Positions 1-12,640 are shown, counted from the stretch's first letter. The stretch: DNA of 59,489 bases from Phoronis australis (GCA_002633005.1 NMRA01000303.1:124366-183854), one strand, 5' to 3'. Translations and numbers: made by a program. Notes: generated by a model not told the origin, from the sequence alone.

Positions 1-321
1 ATATACTACTTGTATTTTGATAAGTTCCTACATATATACTACTTGTATTTTGATAAGTTCCTACATATACTACTTGTATTTTGATAAGTTCCTACATATA
101 CTACTTGTATTTTGATAAGTTCCTACATATATACTACTTGTATTTTGATAAGTTCCTACATATATACTACTTGTATTTTGATAAGTTCCTACATATATAC
201 TACTTGTATTTTGATAAGTTCCTACATATATACTACTTGTATTTTGATAAGTTCCTACATATACTACTTGTATTTTGATAAGTTCCTACATATACTACTT
301 GTATTTTGATAAGGTCCTACA
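1..321. repeat. Minisatellite, 31/33-bp unit ATATACTACTTGTATTTTGATAAGTTCCTAC(AT), about 10 copies, runs off the left edge
   Basis: Direct inspection. It explains the repetitive ORFs 81..278 and 112..309 and lies in the CDK4/6 intron. Confidence 0.97.
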
Positions 322-1388
322 CAACCTTGATCAAGTTATAAGATGAATGTGGCAACAACTTCTGGACGATAAGTGGTCGCTTCTGCAGACGGGAATTTAT
401 ATAAAAATGTCCTAGAAATTTAATTGTCTCACTTTTTTGCTGAAATACGCAGCCTCGTTTTCACCAATAACTCGCTGCACGCCATGTTTGTGAATTCCCA
501 AATGTTAAAGTAACAGCGCCACCTAATGAATAATGACTTGAACAAGTCTGTTACAAAACGATAGTCATCAATTGGAGGCCAGAATCGTGGAATTTGAATG
601 ATTATCGCAAACACTTTTAAGTCTAGTTGAAGAATTACATATTTACATTGATTGACGATATTCTAAATGTTTGGAGATTAAGAAGCGTGACCATTATAAC
701 TAATATCTCTGTAAATATATGAATTCCACTTAAAACTTCAAATTCCATGAAAGAAGTCCGATTAGGTGAATAATACCTTCTCTGTTATCGCAGAAATTGT
801 GGGTCTCTATCGGATTCATCCTAAATCACTGTCTCCCTTCGAGCTTTATAGAAACACACAAGTCAAATATCACGGAAATTTTGCTAAGGGTTTAGCTACA
901 GGTGCAGACGACAGACAGAGCAATATGCACCCACACATATCAAGTCATAACAAAAGATCAACCTTCTTTCAGGTAGACTACAGAGGCAAATGCCAAATGG
1001 CCAACACATGTATACGCAACACAGTAACATGCATCAACAAATATGCACACATGAGCACACTAAATAGAAGGCAACTATGAGAGTTTCTGACGAGAGGAAA
1101 AAGATGGCTTCTCATGGTAAAATCTCACTAAACTTAGGGCACAATATGACCAACATATTCAATCGTTTCAATTTTCGTTTTTTCCTGTTGCACCAAAAAA
1201 GCTTTAAAGCAGCTACTGAACTACCTTGAGCCGCCAAAAAGCAATCTTTTGGTTTAAACCGCTTATCACTTACTGTAGCGTTATAAATGGGCCTCAACTT
1301 GTTTGTTATGCAGATTAGTAATGATTTCTGGGCTAGAGAGTATGAGTAGTGCTCAAGACCATATTCGACACATTAAAATGACCTACCG

Positions 1389-1462
1389 TCACATGTCAAT
1401 TGATCCACCTTGACCTCAATCAATCGTGACATGTCAATTGATCCACCTTGACCTCAATCAAT
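1389..1462. repeat. Tandem duplication of about 38 bp (ACATGTCAATTGATCCACCTTGACCTCAATCAAT x2)
   Basis: Two near-identical adjacent copies are visible. Confidence 0.85.
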
Positions 1463-2077
1463 AACAATACGGGTAATGAACACGTTACAAGTTGCATTTT
1501 CCACAGTATAACTGGTTAAAAATCAACATGATTGGATAAGGGTTATTACTCTTGAAAAATCGGTCCCATGATATTCCCTTCCACGGTAAGATACCTACTG
1601 GCATCAATGCGCACATGGGCCATTTTCAAAATTGCAATTTTAGGGTTGCCCGATGTCAGTAAACTGAAGTGTTTTGTTGAGTTGCTGATGATTTTGAACT
1701 TTTGATGTTCATGTTTGTAACAGAAAGAGAGTGTCCTGAAATTGATTTTATGAAAAGGCCAAAATTCGATTTTCCTTCTTAAGCCAGCTCCACAGGGTGG
1801 AAGGCAACTTTAGATCAGATTAATAATAGCAAGTGGTCTAAACCAGTTATTTTCTGGTGGAAGGCGAGTATGCAACCAAGTTCTGTAACACAGCTACCAC
1901 CTGATAGTATTTTGAAGTATTCAAAACTAAGTAAGAAGCTTTTGAAACCTTGAAGAAATAAAACTGGCAATTTTGGCGACAATGTTTGTCTGAATTTGGC
2001 AAGATTTTACTGTAAATTGTACAACTGTTCAGTGCAACAGCCGCCCTCACATTAAAATCCAGTATCTGTCAATTTAC

Positions 2078-2418
2078 CTGACAATATTTGGATGCTCAAA
2101 TCCTTCCAGGTGCCGCAGTGCTGAGATTTCCCGTATCGTACTGAGCGGGAGCCCATCTTCAGACGTCTGCACACGAATGCGCTTTAGTGCCACGAACTCT
2201 CCGTTATTCTGCAGGTCTCTTGCCTTGTACACTATACCATAAGCGCCGTGTCCAAGCACGGAAACCTCTTCATAGTTCGAGTGAGCATGGTGGATATTTG
2301 AAAGCTCGCGGCTTGTACTGATGTTGTTATTGTTGTTAGCATTGTTACTATAGCGACCATTGCCAGGATGACTTGGCAAACCGGCAGAACTGGTGGGATA
2401 TGATCTGCTATTCAACAT
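2078..2418 (-). CDS. CDK6: Cyclin-dependent kinase 4/6 family (CDK6-like), first coding exon; the rest of the gene is off the left edge
   Basis: [54 protein letters not shown] has the Gly-rich loop, VALK lysine and the CDK6-type PLSTIRE helix. The exon ends at AG|gtaaat (phase 2). An acceptor ttttccag at 2452-2453 implies an upstream 5'-UTR exon. Confidence 0.93.
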
Positions 2419-5400
2419 GTTCCGGTAGTCACCTGGTCATCTTCACACAGGCTGGAAAACAAATTAACAATGTGTATTTTACAAGCAAAACCCTTTGGAT
2501 AAATGAAACACGGAATTTCGCACTACCAAGAAACATTCAAAACATATCGTTCGTGCTATCCATCCACAGAATTGATTTTAGAGACAGCTTTTGCTTACCA
2601 GATGAAGCACCAATGATTTAACAAGGTCACCACAAAACCTATCTCTAATTTTCCATACCATGATAGAGAGTTTCTAGTAATGATGAGGGTGCTGGTGGGT
2701 AGCGTGGACGATAATAACTTATCACTTTACTTAGTCAGGATGAAAAATTGCCGTAACATGCAAAGTAGCTTATTTACAGCATGGTTGTCATAGGAACACA
2801 CCAGCGAATGTTTATACGTGTATTCTCAACAAGCACTGCAGGTCAACTGACCAAAACTGACACGACACCTGGTCGTGAAAACCAACAATACAGCTAAGGA
2901 CACCTATCATGGCAAATATAAATCATCATTCACGTGACAATGGTCCTCTCAGACTTCAAGCAGCAATAAACCCACATTCTGTTGAAGAAACTAAAGCTCC
3001 ATTTATATACAGCACTTTTACACCCATACGTAAATTTATACCACACAAAATCTTCACCCGCATGAATAAAGTTAAAGTAATGATGAGAAAGAGACAAGAG
3101 GAAACTGGAAATCAAATAATAGGAAACAGAAAACGAAAAAGAGGAAATCCTGCTAAATTCCAAGCCCTGATGGGTATCTCTGAAGCTCGGCTACTGATCA
3201 CAATTACTTCTGAAATGGATATATTACGAAGATCAATGGACTTGTCGCAAAACGCATTTAATAATGAAAATTTCAATGACGATAGGTGGTTTGAAAAGTG
3301 TTAAATGGCAAATGCCCATAAAAAGTTCTATAGGCCCACACATTTTTCCAAGTATTCCTTGAATGCATACAAATGAATAAACCAATTCACGTGTCAGGTT
3401 GGAGCCAAGTCGTAATGAAAGTGTACATGATTTGGTAACTGCATTGTTGGTAACGTGGCACAGTTAAGAAAGTGTTTTCCTGTTTTCAGGGCACATGTGA
3501 GATTAACAGTCACAACAGATTACTTGAAAAGTCATGCTGCGCAAAATTCCCCAAAGCCATCACCTGAATGATAAATTTTGGATTTCTCAATTGCGGCGGT
3601 TCAGAAGTGGCATCAGTGGAAGTCGCATATCGATGATTGCGTCCAAAACATTGTTCGCAGCTTTTGTTTCAACAACATGGTTCGAGTATTCGATTATTTT
3701 TTTGGTGTATTATCATTAGTGATGTAAATACAAGCACACTCGCCTTGTGTGGGGATTACACTTCGTGTTGACGTTACAAGACAGGGAGGGCTACGAGCAT
3801 TTCGCCATCGTCAGTGTGACATTCATGGTAAAATAGACGGTAATGGCTTGTGATCTCAATTTATGTCTGAATATTTATTGGCCTAAAGCAACGAATACAA
3901 GGTGTCCATAAAATTTATTAACCAGAAATAACAAAATTCTTTGTTTCGATGCCATTTTCACCAAGTTTGTCTTGAAGCAGGCCATTTTTATTCTCTCTTG
4001 ACTAAGCCACCATTTTTGAACACTGGCAAGACGAATCCTTCTGGCTAGCTTTGTCAGACCTAACCATGATCATTGATACACTAATACTAATCTTGTACGA
4101 ATGTACAGGTTATCCATGGCATTGGCATATACAAACTTTATCAAGAAATCCATTATTTCGACAGATGGCAAAACCCACTGGACACTTCATATCAGTCCCA
4201 AGTTATTTCTCAAACTGTTTACACATTTTCAAAGAGCCACATCTGAAAGAGTATAGTTACTTGTGCAAGCACGAAGCTTTGATGTCCAGACTATAATCAG
4301 ACATTATTCAATGTGCATGCCATATTAAAGGTAGAACATCTAGTGTACATGGTCTAATGGTCGAGAAATAAGCAGAAAAGGTATAATGAATTCTCAGTTC
4401 TTGTAGTAGATGCCTCATCTTGAGCAAGTCACAGAACACCGAGATGTTGGAATGCATCCATCTAGTCCATTGTTGAACCACTTACCATTGAGGGTGGCAC
4501 TTATGAACTTCTAATAGAAATGTATCGATGTTAGCTTCCAACATCTGAATTATTTTGATGGAAGACTCCAATTTTACTACCAGGAAAACTGATACGTCCT
4601 TGTGAATCACATACTGTGCACAAATATGCAATCAAGGAGTCCACGCGCGCGCATGATCAATTTTAGACTCGCATACACTGGTTCACAGTATGAAGTTGGT
4701 GAAGTTACCCACTGAGACATTGAAACTGGTACATTGTAACTGCATGAACATTGTATTTGTGTCTCTTAAAATTGAAGTGTAGGATGGAATAAAAGCAAGT
4801 GAACATCATCAAAAGAATTCATTGTAACATGATTCAACAGTACACAAATATGACCCAGGCATCAGGAAGGAAAGATTCCACTTCAGTCATCACTTAAATA
4901 TTCATGCTGAAGCACTACTTTATCCTGTTTAGCTGGCTAAATACGAAAATCTAATAAGGATTTTAATGTTATGAAATCAGTATCCGGTAAAGTAAAACAT
5001 GAAAATTTCCCATACTTGAATGTAAAAAAGACCAATTGATTAAGAAGCTTTTTGCACCACACAGAGTGAAGGAATCATTTTACAGACACAAGAGATTTTT
5101 TAAATCAATTTCATTTAGGAAGTGCAGAAGTTATCAAGCATGAATGTTCGATGCTTAGCTTGACGGCAAGTTGCATTTGGCAACTTGGTGAAATTTTGAG
5201 GTTGCCAAATGAAACCTGGGGTAGCCAAAACCTACGTTGAAATCATCATCGACTAAAAATGCCGTACCACATGGGGGTATGTTAAAAAAAGGTTTGCATG
5301 TTTTGGAAATCTGATGCATTGTATTGAAATATGTATGTAATACATTTTTATGTAGTTTTGTTTATTTTGACTAGACATTATATTTTGGGATCGTGTTATC

Positions 5401-8400
5401 ACATAAATGACATATCAGAGGACGAGATATTGCGCGACTTTGTTGGTAACTGTCCATTAGTACTGCATGAAGTGTGTTTCCTCTATGCACAATGGCTGAA
5501 TGAAACTGTCAATACCGAGATACATTAAAAAGGACAAGTTTATTCTAAAAATTCACAATTTTTAGACTGACGTTTGTTTTAAAAATGTACAAAATGCTTG
5601 TCGCAAACATTAATGGTTAACCTACTGCATCACGTCCATCAGACTACCGCTGTCAATCCAAACCAACCAATAGTCATTTTAAGGATTACCAAACATTTAC
5701 ACAACAGTGGCTCAATTTAACGTACTTTTAAAACAGTTTTGAATGAATCCTAATAATTTGTTTTGAATCCGCACCGAAAATAAACTCCCCTTTCCAAAAT
5801 ACGTCTCCGTTTTTTCTTTTTCATTTAACATTTTTGAAAGATGTTTCCAAAAAGCTGACCTTTGACCTTTTTGGTAAAATGCCACCACAAGTAACTTTTT
5901 GAAGCTACGAAACATATTAATCAACATGGCATCCTCTGAAATGCAATCAGTAACTGGAGGCTGGCAAGTTAGGGTTCAAAATGTCACATCGAAATACTAG
6001 GAATTATAAAGAGTTTATTATTTCAGTGGTTAGATAGATTCTCGCAAACTTGTTTCACCAGACAAGTTTTCTTTAGTGCAGTGCAATGCACTACTATTAG
6101 CATTCATCGTAACACATTGACCTGAACTATCTACAACAAATTCTAATGTCAACATTAATTTTGAATCTTCCGTTTTTGTTTAAATTTCTACAAAACACTC
6201 AATTTAAGTCTTTTACCTTTGTGTTTTAATTATAAAGACGAAAATAACACAAGTTATTTGATACAGACATACACACAACATGATTTGTGGGTTGAACTAT
6301 TTTCAGACCAACCCCACCTCAACAAAATGCTGGCAATATCCAGCATGCCAGGTTTGAAAGCTGGGTCATAACAGTTAAAACACCCTAGCAAATATTTGTT
6401 TTGTCTCTTAGGAACAGAAACAGTTATATCAGTTTTATCAACAAGTAAAAGAACAGTCATAAAAGGGGTTGCTAGGAAGCACTATCAAATATAAAATCAG
6501 GTCAAAAACAACATTTTGACCAGATGTAAATATTTCAATCTTACTCTCACAAGCTCCATGTTAAACAACCATGCAACAATTTTCTGCAATTTTCTGTAAC
6601 AATTCTGCAGATTAGAAGTGTCCCAATACACTAAGATGTCAATTTTTGACACAGTATATTACATTATTTTTTTTATCAAATTTGTTTCCGAAGTTTGAGT
6701 GTTAGTTACTGGGAATTTCTGATAGCGAGTGCCAGGTCATATGTCCAGTAAATTGTCTTTTTTAACTTTCCAGTACAACAAATTTAAAGCCCATCTTACA
6801 TTCGGGGAAAAGTGACCATGAAAGGAATGTTTGTCACTGACATGGAATAACAACCACTATGCGTAATAGTCCTTGGTGGGTGCACTTTTCCCAGATGCCT
6901 GAACTTCGGGGCTAAAAGTGTAGTTTACGCTTGCCCGTTTAGCAGACATTGAAAGGAGTTTTCAAATTTTCCTCAAAACTTTTGAGAGTTGTCCGACTTA
7001 CAGAGCATTATTTTGTTTCAGAGAACGGGATGACAAAGTCGTTTTTAGTATCCGTCGATAGGCAGATACCTGAGGTTTGGTATCCTTTTAATTTGTAGGT
7101 AATTACCTCAAAATGTTTAGAAATAAACTACAAACCAGTTTGTATACTCAGGAAATTATTTGGAGGGGGAGGGGCTGTTTGCAGAAATTTCTTGGTATCT
7201 CTGACATAGTTTACTAACTTTGATTGTGTGAAGACAATCGGAATAAAGATGAACAATTTTTCATTTGTTCAGTTGTTTACCGTTGAATCCCAGATAGGTG
7301 CAGAGCAACATAACCGGGTTATCAGGAACATGCAGTTGAGACGGGGGGACGTTTTCAATTTTCTGGAATAGAATTAGGCCGTTTTCACCATTTGGGTATG
7401 AAAATGAGACAGAAATCACTATTTTTGGTAGGTCTAAGTTTCGGTCTAATGAAACTCCGCATGGTTTGAACAGATATGACTAAGGTATAATTTGAGTTGA
7501 CTTTTTCCAGATGAGGTATAAATATGAGGAAAAATGTCCCAGTCTCTTTCAATAGATACAGACATGGGCCACAATTCTAGTTCTTGGTATAAACATAAGT
7601 TGTACTTTTTCATATTGGCTTGGTATATAAACATCACACCAGAATTTGAGGCTCCCTATCCCCCATCCTAAAAAGGTTGAGTGCCTCCCCACATTCTCGG
7701 CCTTCGATTATAAGCACTTCCTTAAAATTATTATCCTGAACAAGAAATCTATTAGTTGCCTTCTTACCTCTATTCTTTAAAGCCAATCCCTTAAATTATG
7801 AATACTTTTCATGGGGTCACATTAGACCTGTAATCATAGACTGTTGGGATAGTGTGGTAACCTCCCCCCAAGAGGTTCACATGAAATGCAGCCCTTTGCC
7901 TGACAGCCAGGCTTTAGTTTTGTAATACCTAATGCAACCAAGATCTATTGTGCTGTTTGCCAGGGACCACTAAAAGGCCAGAAGGTCAAAAAAGGTCAAC
8001 TTTTTAGCTGTCAAAACAAAATTGCATTCTCCAGAAATTATGCACACTAATTCCTAATTGGAACACACCTTCAGAGTATTGTTTCACACTGCGTCTCATT
8101 CCATGAACAATTCTTACTGGCAGGAATGTGACAAAGATTTTGATGATTGCCACCAATCTGTGACAGAGCAACAACATTTTCCAAACAACATCAAACACCA
8201 CAGGTTAACAACAACCCCCCCTGCATTTTTGAAGCTGCTGGACCCACGTTTTTCATGACATATTTACAAGTCAATACAAGGTCTGTTCTCTGTTAGTGTT
8301 CTTTTGAACTTGATTTTCCAACAACCAAATAATGACCGAATTCACAAGTTGCTTTATGTTTGCCAGGGATCTGCCAACTGTAAAAACTCGGCAGGCATAC

Positions 8401-9548
8401 GTTGGAAATTTGATACGAACTGGCCAAATTTTCAGCTCACATTTCAAAATTTCAGGTTGTAAAAGCGAACTACAGCTCGTTATGTCGAGTGCTGAACAAG
8501 GTAGATTACAAAAACAACGACTTTCGCGTACTTGTTAAGGATGTGCTTTAAGAGCACCTTACAAGTTTTTTCGTATAGCGAGCCATAGAACCACAGATTC
8601 CAATTACCCAAATAGTTAGTTCATTATGTACAAGTCATTTTTAACAACGCAGATACGTGTACGAACCAGTTTTCCCTCGGACACCTACTGTGTCTCAAGG
8701 GCAGTATACAGACTGGTAGAGAAATGGCCATAGATGTTTCTCACCGCAATACAGCTATTGAACTGTACCCACGTCACAGGACTCACTAATCCATTGTACT
8801 AATACTTTCCTAAAAAAATCAAGATTGTCAATTACTGATGAAAACTTTGAGCACATTCGAGTTGAAAGCGGGGATTCAGGAACAACTAGATTAAAGAAGG
8901 CATTAAAATAGAGCTTTAGATTTCTAACAGTTGCCATTTTGATCCATCTTTGAACGTCCTTTACCCCAACCAGCACACGGAAATTGTAGCCGACGAAAGT
9001 CTCTTTACCATACAGTTGAATGCGCTACTATCAAAACATAACTGTTAACTCTGGTTAACAGCAAACTTAAGCGATTGTGTTCCCATCAGCTTCAGAGTTA
9101 GGTTAGAAAACTAGTTCCGCGAAGTTATCACAAGGTGGCGCTAATATGACGAGTTCCCATCATGCCTTGTTTTTGTCTCAGGTTATTTTTGACGGCAAGA
9201 ACCTCCCTCTCAGAAAATGGCAACTATAATATCAACTTTACAAGGCAGGCAACTGTTATCACATCATGTTTGTGAGATTTATATGTACAACAAGGTGTCG
9301 GATTAAAAAATTGACTCTTGACTAGGCTAACAGAAGGACAAAAGAGGTATGATGGGAACTTGTTTTGCATTCATTGTACGTTCATTGACTTTTTAAGAGT
9401 AAAAATTCAGCAAAATATACATGGATAAATTGGAACAGAATGCTTATACTGCCAAAAATAATAAATACCATGATAAAATATTAACAAATATAAATCAGTC
9501 ACATAGGCGGATTTAGGGGGGGGGCCCAGGGGGCCCGGGCCCCCCCCC

Positions 9549-9965
9549 CAGGCCTTCATCCAGGATTTCGAAAATAGGGTGTCCAAAATGAGGTTCCCAA
9601 TATTCCAGGGCGTTCATAATTCCGACGCGTAACCCCCCATCCCCAGCAATCCCCCCAAACACACAGATTTTTTTTACAATAAAATGCATAGACCAAGGTT
9701 TTTACATCTAAGTTTACAAAACAGCCTTCTGTAGTGAGCATTTTTAATAAAACATTGGTGTAGACCAAGACTTTTACAATGCTATCAACCAAGTGTGAGC
9801 ATAGCAACATTGTATATACTTTGTATATACATTGTATATTTCTTCCTGCTTTGAAAAAAGAGCCCCCACTGTGAGCCTTCAGAGGCTTCCTAGTAATCAT
9901 TACAATGTGTGTGTCCAAACTTGAAAGGTTCCTATTGACAGTGGGCGTCCAAATGATACATTGGG
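9549..9965 (+). mobile_element. Nested hAT-like MITE, same family as 14632-15031; right end lost in the gap
   Basis: Shares GGATTTC(G/A)AAAATAGGGTGTCCAAAATG and GG(C/T)GTCC subterminal motifs with 14632-15031. Confidence 0.65.
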
Positions 9966-10072
9966 NNNNNNNNNNNNNNNNNNNNNNNNNNNNNNNNNNN
10001 NNNNNNNNNNNNNNNNNNNNNNNNNNNNNNNNNNNNNNNNNNNNNNNNNNNNNNNNNNNNNNNNNNNNNNNN
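9966..10072. other. Assembly gap (N run)
   Basis: Run of n characters. Confidence 0.99.
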
Positions 10073-10577
10073 CAAATCCAATTTCAAGTGTCAAAATCGG
10101 AACACGGCGCGTTCGTAACGGAACTATGGCTAAGTATAGAATCTCCCGCGATATCTTAGGCGACCGGCAGCGGCGCTGTGCACTACGACTCCGTTTCCGT
10201 CGTCTGCTCCACTGTGCAATGAAGAAAATTTACTTCATTTTTTAAAGAAAATGGAACCTGAGTGACGATGAAAAAACAGAAGCTGCTGGTAAGATGTGAA
10301 TTTTAATCGAAGCCTTAGTGAATCACTCAGAAACTCGCAATACTCTCTTTGTCAAACCTTATCTTATGACGGTTTCCAAAGCAATCCCTTCATTAGTCGA
10401 AAAATGGATTTGGTCTTTTGGGCATTTGAAGATTATTTCAAATACGACAAATTTGTTAAGAATTGATGGCACAAAATATAAAACGTGTAATAAGCATTAC
10501 GAAAAGAAGTAGGTTTCGCGCGCAAACGCTGTGTCCCATAAACAAGTAAGTCTTTTAGTATGAGAGATGTAGTTTAA

Positions 10578-10640
10578 TCGTGGTGGTGTAGTGGTAACGT
10601 ACGTGCGCTCTGTCCGCCAGGTCGTGAGTTCGAGTCTTTG
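10578..10640 (+). pseudogene. tRNA-like (Pol III A/B box) remnant inside the 9502-10908 transposon
   Basis: A-box TGGTGTAGTGG at 10584-10594 and B-box GTTCGAGTC at 10628-10636 with tRNA-like spacing; no convincing acceptor stem. Confidence 0.55.
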
Positions 10641-11088
10641 ATATTTGCATTTTTTTTCCTGTTTGACATGTTCTCCGTGTTTTTTTGCCTTTTTTTCTAG
10701 GATAATATTTCAGGAATCAAGGAAAATGCTTGATTTTTAGAGGTAAAAACAGAAAAATTTCCTGGGCGGGAGGGGGGCAAACCCCCCTCCCGACCTCCCC
10801 CCCATTCGGTGCTATGCGCATCTACAATCGTGGTTCAGTTTGCGTAAATGCTTACAACCGGACAAAATGTTGGGCCCCCCCCCTTGTGATATCCTAGATC
10901 CGCCACTGAGTCACTGCCCGCTGTGGGCAAGTGCAGGCATTGACCTCTGCCAATAACTCTGATGGCATTGGAAGTTAAATGTTTCCATTGTAGTGAAGCA
11001 TTGAGGCTTCACTGATAAATCCGCCTCTTTACTCTGGAGTTAACTTCAGCTGTTTAAACCTTCTATTCAAAACCAAAGTTAAGTGCTC

Positions 11089-11133
11089 CCACTGACTGAA
11101 GTTTCGGCAACACCGAATCTTCAGAGCCAGTGG
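11089..11133 (-). ncRNA. Minimal type-I hammerhead-ribozyme-like motif
   Basis: Minus strand reads CCACTGGCT-CTGAAGA-TTCGGTGTTGCC-GAAA-CTTC-AGTCAGTGG: a 9-bp stem I enclosing CUGANGA and GAAA core boxes, with a UC cleavage-site position. Confidence 0.55.
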
Positions 11134-11519
11134 AAAAGGCCTTAAGAATCCAAGATAGCCCAAAAGCTTAAACCCCAAAGCAGCCAACTATCACACCATT
11201 ACACAAAGAACCTTTCTCAGAATGAACTAAAGGCCAGGTAGCTATATTAATTTGGCTGAAAATTTAGTAAGTTTGGTCTTTTTCCTAAGCATAGAAAAAC
11301 TAGAGCATCAAATGAACAGATTTTGGGTAAAAGCTGACCTAAAGTAGTGCGAGATGACTGCACAAACTGCTATTTAAGAGCTTTATACATTGTTGTGAGT
11401 GTCCACAATTTTTCAAAATATTGTTACCCTATAGTTGTTGAACGGAACTTAACATGGCATTCAACATTAATTTAGTGATGCGTATCTCTGGTATACAGAA
11501 AAGTAAAATTTCACTTCTC

Positions 11520-11890
11520 CCAATATACTGTGTCCTGGTAAGATTTTACGACTAATCAAAGAAAATGAGGATCTCAACCACACCTACATTGGAAAAACCA
11601 AGAGACCGTTCCTTACCAGATTCAAAGAACATCAGAAACTAGACAAACAGCTGTGGGGGACTGGACATTCCATCTCCCTTGCATCATCCAAGATCTTAGC
11701 CAAACAACAGAATTGGTATGCTCGCAAGTTAAAAGTCCATAAACATCAGCACTCAGTATCCTCTCTTGAACCGGGACCGAGGCCTGCACTTACCTCCCGT
11801 GTATTCGAACATTCTTAATCAGCGAAAGGTGGGAAACTCCTCATTCATTGACAAAGACCTGGCGGACGAGGTTGAAACATCTGCAACCAA
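11520..11890 (+). mobile_element. Penelope-like retroelement 3' remnant (GIY-YIG endonuclease, degenerate hammerhead)
   Basis: TYIGKTKRPFLTRFKEHQK (YIG.T.R....R..EH), then GHSIS..KILA..NWYARKLK and, after a frameshift, LNRDRGLHLPPVY. A decayed hammerhead TTGACAA-A-GACCT..AGGTT-GAAAC follows at 11848-11878. Confidence 0.85.
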
Positions 11891-12529
11891 TCTACAATGT
11901 CTCGAAGTGAGTGATTATCTAAAACTGCAATGAAAATGGCGAGCAGTAGTCTGCTAGGGTAAAAGAGCATCGCAACCATAACTTCCGAACCAATACAGGA
12001 ATCAAAGACGACCAACACCAGATCTATGACGACATTGCTCTTTTTAAGCTCCATCCCAAAATTCCATAAGCAGTAGTTTATTCCAGCATACTGGCACTTC
12101 CCATTATATGGCCTCCCAGTTTTTTAAGGTCTTCTGCAGAGAACGTACAAGTGTGGATGGCATGACGTGAATGTAATAGGGGTTACGTGAAGAGCATCAT
12201 TACCATCAAAAGGACAAGCCAGCCTTCTAATGTCATGTAGTGCTAATGGTGCCAGGTTCTTAACAAACACAAAATCCTGCTCAAAATCTCATTCAAGTGA
12301 ACGATGTGTCTGAAAAATGCAGGAATCCAATGAAGTCCCCAAAATGTTTGGTTAAGCACCAGAGATTTTGGGATGTAAATTCTTGAAACGCTACCTATTG
12401 GGCATATTCCATCACCACCACAGAGGAGATATTTGAAGACGCCTGTAGTTCTCCACTCAAACTATGCGACCAACTCAACACTTGAGCCTCTGCTAAGCAA
12501 CAGTCTAAGTAGCCTTGGGTGATAAATTC

Positions 12530-12640
12530 TTTTGAGGCTTTACCAGATGGACACAACCAAATACTATAGCAGCCAATGTTTGAACTTGCAACCTTTGACT
12601 TGATTGGCCACCATACTCACTACTAAACCACATGGATAGT
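12530..12640 (-). mobile_element. Degenerate tRNA-derived SINE fragment
   Basis: Minus strand TGGTTTAGTAGTGAG ... GGTTGCAAGTTCAAAC ... GTTGTGTCC resembles A box, B box and SINE core. Confidence 0.35.

Larger units (their letters stand above)
9502..10908 (+). mobile_element. Non-autonomous DNA transposon (hAT-like, 5-bp TSD) spanning the assembly gap and carrying a nested insertion
   Basis: TIRs CATAGGCGGATTTAGG / CCTAGATCCGCCACTG; TSD AGTCA at 9497-9501 and 10909-10913. A frameshifted MKKITSFFK-like transposase N-terminus starts at 10219. The same termini occur at 43559-43705. Confidence 0.8.

Noticed and set aside
1-321. Regular repeats resembling a CRISPR array, and repetitive ORFs
   Set aside because: Units are contiguous with no unique spacers, the context is a eukaryotic intron, and the ORFs are translation artefacts.
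2909-3304. 131-aa ORF with a basic NLS-like stretch
   Set aside because: No recognisable domain or splice context; AT-rich; probably chance.
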